In this document: positions 14,762-24,061 of the stretch, piece by piece
Numbering within the stretch: position 1 is the stretch's first letter
How the letters are laid out: the number at the start of each line of letters is the position of its first letter
DNA from: Candidatus Fervidifonticultor secundus
GTDB lineage: Bacteria > Sysuimicrobiota > Sysuimicrobiia > Sysuimicrobiales > Humicultoraceae
DNA: 24,061 nt
Reading direction: 5' to 3'
Assembly: GCA_031459385.1 (NCBI GenBank)
Contig: JAVKIP010000018.1
Span: 45,590-69,650, forward strand
Position numbers and translations under genes: made by a program
Notes under the pieces: generated by a model
Told to the model about the DNA's origin: nothing
Databases searched by the model: none
Seen by the model: the letters and a program-made list of their open reading frames with translations, nothing else

Positions 14762-15853
14762 ATGTCCGCGCCTGCCGCCATCGCCACAGATCGTCTGGAA
14801 CGCCTGCGTGCCTGGCTTGCCGCATCGGGCGTGGAGGCGGTTATCGTCTCGACCCAGGAGAACTTGACCTACGTCTCCGGGTTCCGCGGGTCGGCCGGAT
14901 TTGGCATCGTCTCCGGCGACCGCGCCTGCCTGGTGGTGGACTTCCGGTACGTCGAGCAGGCGGCCGAGCAGGCGCCGGGCTGGGAAGCGGTGCGCGCCCA
15001 GGGTCAGCTGCTCGAGGCGGCCGCTGCCCTGGTGCGTGCCTGGGGCGTCCGGCGTGTGGGGGTCGAAGGCGAGGCGTTCGCCGTGGCGGCCTTCCGGCGG
15101 CTCCAGGCCATGGTCGACCCCGCCGAGGTCGTCCCGCTGGAGGGGTTGGACCGGCTGCGGTGGCGGAAGGATCCCGAGGAACTGGCCAGGGTCCGCCGCG
15201 CCGCCGCCGTCGCCGATGCGGCATTCCTCGAGGCGCTGCCGCTCCTGCGGCCGGGCGCGACCGAGCGGGAGGTCGCGGCCGCCCTGGAGTACGCCATGCG
15301 CCGCCGGGGGGCCGACGGCATCGCGTTCGATACGATCGTCGCCTCGGGACCCCGGAGCGCGCTCCCCCACGGGCGGGCGTCCGATCGCGTCATCGGCCGG
15401 GGCGAGTTCGTGATCGTGGACTTCGGTGCGGTCGTGGAGGGCTATCGCTCGGACTGCACGCGGACCGTCGTGACCGCGCCGGCCGACGCCCGGCATCGGG
15501 AGATCTACGCCCTCGTGCTGGCCGCGCAGGAGGCGGCCCTCGCCGCGCTGCGGCCCGGGATGACCGGGCGCGACGCCGACGCCGTGGCGCGGGAGCGGAT
15601 CGTCGCGGCGGGGTACGGCGAGGCCTTCGGGCACGGGCTGGGCCACGGGGTGGGGCTGGCGGTCCACGAGGGCCCCCGGCTCTCCCCGCGCGACGACGCC
15701 GTGCTGCCGCCCGGGGCGGTCGTCACCGTGGAGCCCGGCGTCTACGTCACGGGATGGGGCGGCTGCCGGATCGAAGACCTGGTGGTGCTGACAGATCGCG
15801 GCTGCGAAGTTCTGACGCAGGCGCCGAAGGCGCTGGTTGAGGTGGTCTCGTGA
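14762..15853 (+). CDS. Xaa-Pro aminopeptidase/dipeptidase (M24B, YqhT/PepQ-like)
   Basis: Creatinase-N domain, then IVASGPRSALPHG, VDFGAVVEGYRSDCTRT, HGLGHGVGLAVHE, TVEPGVY, RIED. Adjacent to efp. Confidence 0.92.
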   Translation: MSAPAAIATDRLERLRAWLAASGVEAVIVSTQENLTYVSGFRGSAGFGIVSGDRACLVVDFRYVEQAAEQAPGWEAVRAQGQLLEAAAALVRAWGVRRVGVEGEAFAVAAFRRLQAMVDPAEVVPLEGLDRLRWRKDPEELARVRRAAAVADAAFLEALPLLRPGATEREVAAALEYAMRRRGADGIAFDTIVASGPRSALPHGRASDRVIGRGEFVIVDFGAVVEGYRSDCTRTVVTAPADARHREIYALVLAAQEAALAALRPGMTGRDADAVARERIVAAGYGEAFGHGLGHGVGLAVHEGPRLSPRDDAVLPPGAVVTVEPGVYVTGWGGCRIEDLVVLTDRGCEVLTQAPKALVEVVS

Positions 15854-16410
15854 TTTCGACCAATGACTTCCGCCCCGGGGTGGTGATCGCGCTCGAGGGC
15901 GAACTGTACGCCGTGGTGGCCTCGCAGCACGTGAAGCGTGGACGGGGCAGCGCCTACGTGCGCGCGAAGATCCGCAATCTCAAGAGCGGCGCGATCATCG
16001 AGCGCACATTCAACGCCGGCGAGCGCGTACCGCAGGCGTACCTGGAGCGGCGCGACGCGGAGTACCTGTACCACCAGGACGAGCAGTATGTCTTCATGGA
16101 TCAGGAGACGTACGAGCAGATCACCCTCAGCGCCGCGCTCCTGGGCGAGGCGATCAGGTTCCTCAAGGACAACACGGTGGTCACCGTCGTCTACTACGAG
16201 AGCCGTCCGATCGCCGTGGAGCTGCCCAACACGGTGGAGCTCCGTGTGGTCGAGACGGCGCCGGCATTCCGGGGCGACACGGCCACCGGGGGGGCGAAGC
16301 CGGCCACCCTGGAGACCGGGGCCGTCGTGCAGGTACCGCTGTTCGTCGAGGTCGGCGACGTCGTCCGCGTGGACACGCGGACCGGCGAGTACGTCGAGCG
16401 CGTAGGATGA
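15850..16410 (+). CDS. efp: Elongation factor P (Arg32 type)
   Basis: ISTNDFRPG, HVKRGRGSAYVRAKIRNL, FMDQETYEQ, RGDTATGGAKPATLETG, VPLFVEVGD..VDTRTGEYVER. Confidence 0.97.
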   Translation: MISTNDFRPGVVIALEGELYAVVASQHVKRGRGSAYVRAKIRNLKSGAIIERTFNAGERVPQAYLERRDAEYLYHQDEQYVFMDQETYEQITLSAALLGEAIRFLKDNTVVTVVYYESRPIAVELPNTVELRVVETAPAFRGDTATGGAKPATLETGAVVQVPLFVEVGDVVRVDTRTGEYVERVG

Positions 16411-16432
16411 CGGCGCCGCCGCGGCGGGCGTG

Positions 16433-16461
16433 TTCACGCTGCGACGGGCGGCTGGTACAAT
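16433..16461 (+). promoter_or_regulatory. SigA-type promoter (extended -10) upstream of nusB
   Basis: TTCACG (16433-16438), 17 nt, TACAAT (16456-16461), preceded by TGn. Confidence 0.6.
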
Positions 16462-16622
16462 AGGCTCGTGCAGGGCCACCGACAGCGGGCCGACCTTCCC
16501 CGGCGTTCCCTCGGGATCGCGGGACGCGGACACGGGCACCGGCCGCGGCCCGGTGGGCTGATGTGTGTCGGGCCCGCGACCGCTTTCCGGCGTAGCGTGG
16601 AAGGCGCGCGACGCCGGCGCCG

Positions 16623-17051
16623 GTGAAGGCACGCCGGCGCCGGGCGCGCGATGTGGCGCTCCAGGTGCTGTTCCAGCACGACGTGGGGCGGCTACCGATC
16701 GAGGAAGCGCTGCGCAACGCCCGCGACCAGCACCGGGGGGCCGACTGGCCGTTCGTGGAGCGGCTCTGCCGGGGGGTGGCGGCGCACGCCGCCGAGCTGG
16801 ACGCCCTCCTGGCACCGCACCTCCAGGGCTGGACTGTCGAGCGGCTGGCCAGCGTCGACCGCACCATTCTCCGGATGGCGCTCTACGAGCTGCGCGACCT
16901 CTCCACGCCACCTGCGGTGGCGATCAACGAAGCGGTAGAGCTGGCCAGGCGGTACGGCACGGAGGCCTCCGCGCCCTTCGTCAACGGCGTGCTCGGCGCC
17001 GTGGTGCGTGCCAGCCAGGGGGCTGCCGCCCTAGAGCCGCCGGCCCGATGA
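16623..17051 (+). CDS. nusB: Transcription antitermination factor NusB
   Basis: [57 protein letters not shown]. Confidence 0.95.
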   Translation: MKARRRRARDVALQVLFQHDVGRLPIEEALRNARDQHRGADWPFVERLCRGVAAHAAELDALLAPHLQGWTVERLASVDRTILRMALYELRDLSTPPAVAINEAVELARRYGTEASAPFVNGVLGAVVRASQGAAALEPPAR

Positions 17052-17347
17052 TGGGCGCGCCTGCGGTGCAGCCTGTCCGCGTCCACGCGTGGGTGCGGGG
17101 GCGCGTCCAGGGCGTCGGGTTCCGCTTCTTCGTGGCGCACCACGCCCGCGCGCTGGGCCTGGCTGGGTGGGTGCGGAATCTCGCCGACGGCCGGGTCGAG
17201 CTCGTGGCCGAAGGGCCGCAGCCCGCGGTCGAGGCGCTGGTGCGCCTGGTGCGGCGCGGACCCGACGGCGCGGTTGTCACTGACGTCGAGACCGTGTGGG
17301 AACCACCAGCAGGCGCCCGGGAGTTCGGCATCGGCCGCGATGAGTGA
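17048..17347 (+). CDS. acyP: Acylphosphatase
   Basis: [34 protein letters not shown] overlap with the nusB stop. Confidence 0.93.
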   Translation: MMGAPAVQPVRVHAWVRGRVQGVGFRFFVAHHARALGLAGWVRNLADGRVELVAEGPQPAVEALVRLVRRGPDGAVVTDVETVWEPPAGAREFGIGRDE

Positions 17348-18287
17348 GCGTCCGGGGGAGCCCGCGACGGCGTCGGATCTGTCGGCATACGTGGCGAGCC
17401 GCGGTCGCCTGGTGGAGGAGGCCCTGGCGACCGCCCTTCCTCCGGAAACGTCCCCGCCGGTGCCACTCCACGCCGCCATGCGCTATAGCGTCTTTGCCGG
17501 GGGCAAGCGGCTCCGGCCGCTGCTGGTGCTGGCCGCGTGCGAGGCGACCGGCGGGCGGGTCGACGACGCGCTGCCGACAGCCTGCGCCGTGGAGCTGATT
17601 CACACGTACTCCCTGATCCACGACGACCTGCCGTCGATGGACGACTCGCTGACGCGGCGCGGCCGGCCGACATGCCACGTGACCTTCGGCGAGGCCCTGG
17701 CGGTGCTGGCGGGCGACGCGCTGCACGCGCTGGCGTTCGAGCTCCTGGCGCGCAACGCGCGGACGGTGGGGCCGCAGCGCGCGCTGCGCGTCATCGAGGA
17801 GATCGCCGGGGCGATCGGCACCCAGGGCATGGTGGGCGGCCAAGTGCTGGACCTGCTGGGCGAGGGACGTCCGGAACTGGCCCGCTGGAGGGACTGGCCC
17901 GGAGACCGCCGCCGTGGGGTCTACGAGATCCACCGGTGGAAGACCGCCGCGCTGATCCGGACCTGCCTGCGCGCTGGCGGGCTGCTGGCCGGGGCCGACG
18001 AGCGCACGCTGCACGACTTGACCGCCTACGGCGAGCACATCGGGCTGGCGTTCCAGGTGGTGGACGACATCCTCGACGAGGCCGGCGAGACCGCACGCCT
18101 CGGGAAGGATGCGCGGGTCGACGCGGCCCGCTCGAAGCTCACCTTCCCGGCGGCGTTCGGTGTCGAGCGATCCCGCGCCATCGCGCGCGAGGAGACGGCG
18201 CGGGCCGTGGCGGCCATCGCGGGCTGGGGGCCGCCCGCACGGTTGCTGATCGATCTCGCGGTGGCTCTGCTGGAGCGCGAGGCGTGA
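17340..18287 (+). CDS. ispA: Farnesyl/geranylgeranyl diphosphate synthase
   Basis: [57 protein letters not shown]. Start ATG 17340. Confidence 0.92.
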   Translation: MSERPGEPATASDLSAYVASRGRLVEEALATALPPETSPPVPLHAAMRYSVFAGGKRLRPLLVLAACEATGGRVDDALPTACAVELIHTYSLIHDDLPSMDDSLTRRGRPTCHVTFGEALAVLAGDALHALAFELLARNARTVGPQRALRVIEEIAGAIGTQGMVGGQVLDLLGEGRPELARWRDWPGDRRRGVYEIHRWKTAALIRTCLRAGGLLAGADERTLHDLTAYGEHIGLAFQVVDDILDEAGETARLGKDARVDAARSKLTFPAAFGVERSRAIAREETARAVAAIAGWGPPARLLIDLAVALLEREA

Positions 18288-19107
18288 AGACCGCGGCACG
18301 GGTCAGGCTCGACCGGCTCGTCGTGGCCCGCGGGCTGGCTTTGAGCCGGCACCAGGCCGAGGCGGCCATCCGTGCCGGCGAGGTCTACGTCGCCGGCCGG
18401 CGCGTGGACAAACCGGGTGCTCTGGTGCACCCCACCGCGCCGCTTGAGCGCCGTGCCGCCTCCACCTACGTCAGTCGCGGCGGCGCCAAGCTCGCCGGCG
18501 CGCTCGACGCCTTCGGTCTGGACGTCGCGGGATGCGTGGCGCTGGACGTGGGCGCGTCCACCGGAGGGTTCACCGACTGCCTGCTCCAGCGCGGCGCCCG
18601 ACGCGTCTACGCTGTGGACGTGGGCCGGGGGCTGCTGCACTGGCGGTTGCGGCGCGATCCCAGGGTCGTGGTGCTGGAAGGCCGGCATGCGGCGCGCCTG
18701 CGGGCGGGAGACCTGCCGGAGGCGGTGGACCTAGCCACGGTCGACGTTTCGTTCATCTCGGTCCGCAAGGTGCTCCCGGCCGTGGCCGCGCTGGTGCGGC
18801 CGGCCGGGCTGCTCGTGCTGCTGGTCAAGCCGCAGTTCGAGGTCGGGCCGCGCGCGGCTCCCGGGGGCGTGGTGCGCGACCCCGGGGTGCACGCCGGGGT
18901 GCTGCGGGCCACCGCCGCCGCTGCCCGGGCGCTCGGGCTGTCGCCGCTACGGGTCGCGGCGTCGCCGCTGCTGGGACCGAAAGGGAACCGCGAGTTCTTC
19001 CTGCTCGTGCGCAACACCGCGGGCCAGGCAGCCGAGGGACTCGACGAGGAGATCCTGCGCGCCACAACCCCGGCCGCCGCCAGGGTGGGCGCCCGTGGGG
19101 CGGAGCC

Positions 19108-19111
<4 letters not shown>
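18284..19111 (+). CDS. tlyA: TlyA-family 16S/23S rRNA 2'-O-methyltransferase
   Basis: S4 domain RLDRLVVARGL, YVSRGGAKL, LDVGASTGGFTDCLLQRGA, DVSFIS, LVKPQFEVG, GPKGNREF. GTGA overlap. Confidence 0.95.
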
Positions 19112-21796
<2,685 letters not shown>

Positions 21797-21864
21797 CCCC
21801 CTGGCCGGCGGGCGCCGATGCGCGACCGGAGGGACAGGGGCGACGAGGGGCAAGGAGGACATAG

Positions 21865-22764
21865 ATGAGCGGAGTGGTGTACGTGAACGGCCGCATCGTG
21901 CCCAAGGAGGAGGCCACGGTCTCGGTCTTCGACCATGGCTTCCTGTACGGCGACGGCGTCTTCGAGGGGATCCGCGTCTACGATGGCCGCATCTTCCGCC
22001 TCGACGAGCACCTCGACCGGCTGTATGCCTCGGCGAAGAGCATCATGCTGGAGATCCCCCTCGACCGGGACGCGCTGCGGGCCGCCCTTCTGGAGACCGT
22101 GCGCGCTAGTGGCCTGCGGGACGCGTACATCCGGCCAGTGGTGAGCCGCGGGCCGGGTGACCTGGGGATCGACCCGCGCAAGTGCGTGCAACCCACGGTG
22201 GTCATCATCGTGGACGCGATCCGCTTGTATCCCGCCGAAGCGTATGCACGGGGTCTGCGCGTCATCACCGCGAGCGTACGCCGGCCGGCGCCGGATGCGC
22301 TCAACGGCCAGACCAAGTCGCTCAACTACCTGAACAACATCCTGGCCTGCCTGGAGGCGCGCCGCGCGGGGGCGGAAGAGGCGCTGCTGCTCACCGGGGA
22401 CGGCTATGTCTGCGAGTGCAGTGCCGACAACATCTTCATCGTCACCGGCGGCCAGGTGTGGACGCCGCCGGCGTTCCTGGGCCTCCTGCCCGGCATCACG
22501 CGCGACACGGTCCTGACGCTGGCCCGTGAGGCCGGCCTGCCCGCGGCCGAGCGCGTGTTCACCCTGCACGACGTCTACACCGCCGGCGAGTGCTTCCTCA
22601 CCGGCACGGGTGCCGAGATCGCCCCGGTCGTGGAGGTGGACGGCCGGCCGATCGGCGACGGCCGGCCCGGGCCGGTGACGCGAAGGCTCACCCAGGCGTT
22701 TCACGAGCTGGTGCGGCACAGCGGGACGCCTGTCTACGCCGAGGAGGCGCCCGGGCGGCGATGA
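21865..22764 (+). CDS. ilvE: Branched-chain amino acid aminotransferase (class IV PLP)
   Basis: AAGGAGG SD. DHGFLYGDGVFEGIRVY, YIRPVVSRG, KSLNYLNN, GITRDTV, ECFLTGTGAE. Confidence 0.93.
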   Translation: MSGVVYVNGRIVPKEEATVSVFDHGFLYGDGVFEGIRVYDGRIFRLDEHLDRLYASAKSIMLEIPLDRDALRAALLETVRASGLRDAYIRPVVSRGPGDLGIDPRKCVQPTVVIIVDAIRLYPAEAYARGLRVITASVRRPAPDALNGQTKSLNYLNNILACLEARRAGAEEALLLTGDGYVCECSADNIFIVTGGQVWTPPAFLGLLPGITRDTVLTLAREAGLPAAERVFTLHDVYTAGECFLTGTGAEIAPVVEVDGRPIGDGRPGPVTRRLTQAFHELVRHSGTPVYAEEAPGRR

Positions 22765-23393
22765 CACCGCGGGGGGCCTCGTCGCAGCCGCCCGGACCTG
22801 GACACCGCGATGCCGGCGGGGGGAACGCCTCGGGCGCAGGTAGCGCGGAGCCCACGGTGGCGTCCCGCCTGGTCTTCCGGGGACGTGTGGCTGCGGTGCG
22901 CGTCGACGACGTGCGCCTGCCCGGCGGCCGCATCGTGCGGCGCGAGGTGGTCGAACATCCGGGCGCGGCGGCCATCGTGCCCGTGACGGGCGACGGCCAG
23001 GTCCTCATGGTGCGCCAGTACCGAAAGGCCGTGGAGGCCGCGCTGCTCGAGATCCCTGCCGGCACGCTGGAGCCCGGAGAGTCGCCCGAGCACTGCGCCC
23101 AGCGCGAGCTCGCCGAGGAGGTCGGTGTGCGCGCGGGGCAGCTGCGACCGCTCGTGACGTACTTCCCCTCGCCGGGTGTCCTCACCGAGGCCATCACGCT
23201 GTTCCTGGCGCAGGATCTCCGGCCGCACCGGCTGCCGGCGGATCCCGGGGAAGAGGGGCTCGGGGTGGAGCAGGTGCCGGTGGATCGCGTGATGGCCCTG
23301 ATCGACGCCGGGGAGATCCGTGACGGGAAGTCGCTGGTGGGGCTGCTGCTGGCGCTCCGAGCCCTGGGCACCGCCGGCGGGGGCGAGCGGTGA
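22761..23393 (+). CDS. nudF: ADP-ribose pyrophosphatase (Nudix)
   Basis: REVVEHPGAAAI, VRQYR, EIPAGTLEPGESPEHCAQRELAEEVG (Nudix box), SPG, IRDGKS. ATGA overlap at 22761. Confidence 0.88.
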   Translation: MTPRGASSQPPGPGHRDAGGGNASGAGSAEPTVASRLVFRGRVAAVRVDDVRLPGGRIVRREVVEHPGAAAIVPVTGDGQVLMVRQYRKAVEAALLEIPAGTLEPGESPEHCAQRELAEEVGVRAGQLRPLVTYFPSPGVLTEAITLFLAQDLRPHRLPADPGEEGLGVEQVPVDRVMALIDAGEIRDGKSLVGLLLALRALGTAGGGER

Positions 23394-24061
23394 GCGATCC
23401 GGCACGCCGCCCGTCCCGGCGGGGCCGCGGTCGGGCGGAGCAACAGGCGTCCGCCGGGGACGCGACCGGCGAGGGACGTCCGGCGGCCTCCTGCTCGCCG
23501 GCACTGGACGCAGCGCGGGAGGCGTTTCTAGCATACGGCCTCACCGAACGCGGCCTCGCCCGGCGGACCATTGAGACCTATGCCCGCGACCTGGACGACT
23601 TCATCGCGTTCGCCGCCCGACAGGGTGCCAGGGAGGCCGGTGACCTGCGCCGCGCGACGATCACGACCTACCTGCTTGCCGCGCGACGGCGCGGGCTGGC
23701 GGCCAGCTCGGTGGCGCGGCGCCTGGCGGCGATTCGGGGGTGGACGGCGTACCTGCTCAGGGAGGGGCTCATCGATGACGACCCCGCCCTCGATGTGACG
23801 CCCGCCCGGCGGCCGCGACGCCTGCCCGAGGTGCTCACGGTCGCGGAAGTGGACCGCCTGCTGGCGCAGCCGCGCGGGACCGGCCCGCTGGCGGTGCGGG
23901 ATCGGGCGATCCTGGAGCTGCTGTACGCGGCCGGCCTGCGGGTCAGCGAGCTCGTCGGGCTGGACGTGGCGGACGTGCACCTGGACCAGGAGTACGTCCG
24001 GTGTCTGGGGAAGGGCGCCAGGGAGCGCATCGTGCCCATCGGCAGCGCGGCGGTGCGCGCC
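23390..24061 (+). CDS. xerD: Tyrosine recombinase XerD (runs off the window; absent from the ORF track)
   Basis: Frame from GTG 23390: FLAYGLTERGLARRTIETYARDL, SVARRLAAIR, LPEVLTVAEVDRLL, RDRAILELLYAAGLRVSEL, VRCLGKGARERIVPIG. nudF-xerD synteny. Confidence 0.88.
   Translation, partial: MSDPARRPSRRGRGRAEQQASAGDATGEGRPAASCSPALDAAREAFLAYGLTERGLARRTIETYARDLDDFIAFAARQGAREAGDLRRATITTYLLAARRRGLAASSVARRLAAIRGWTAYLLREGLIDDDPALDVTPARRPRRLPEVLTVAEVDRLLAQPRGTGPLAVRDRAILELLYAAGLRVSELVGLDVADVHLDQEYVRCLGKGARERIVPIGSAAVRA

Noticed and set aside
23390..24061. Tyrosine recombinase as a prophage or island integrase
   Set aside because: Sequence and nudF linkage fit housekeeping XerD; no att site, tRNA or mobile genes nearby.

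Overview
Very GC-rich bacterial chromosomal window with three blocks. (1) 1-3230: a lipid-linked protein glycosylation module: Pmt/GT39 protein O-mannosyltransferase, DPM1/Ppm1-like GT2, and a convergent GT-C membrane glycosyltransferase. (2) 3413-14623: a type IVa pilus locus: PilV-, PilX- and FimU-like minor pilins, pilMNO, an inserted block (catalytically degenerate GGDEF protein with intact RxxD I-site, an antisense secreted protein, pilD), then a TM-anchored PilP-like protein, the PilQ secretin and a small TPR protein. (3) 14762-24061: housekeeping genes: Xaa-Pro peptidase, efp (Arg32 type), nusB, acyP, ispA, tlyA, nadK, pyrG, ilvE, nudF and partial xerD. The most notable unannotated signal is a repeated regulatory cassette in front of three pilus-locus transcription units: a SigH-like promoter (GCAGG...GAA, 21-22 nt apart) followed by a leader hairpin capped by GCCGG. 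Together with the dead-GGDEF gene and the neighbouring mannosylation genes, this suggests a co-regulated, c-di-GMP-responsive, possibly glycosylated pilus (perhaps for DNA uptake). A secretin combined with Bacillota/Actinomycetota-like gene order points to a diderm Terrabacteria lineage (Armatimonadota-like is a guess). All family assignments come from motif recognition by eye; no searches were run.
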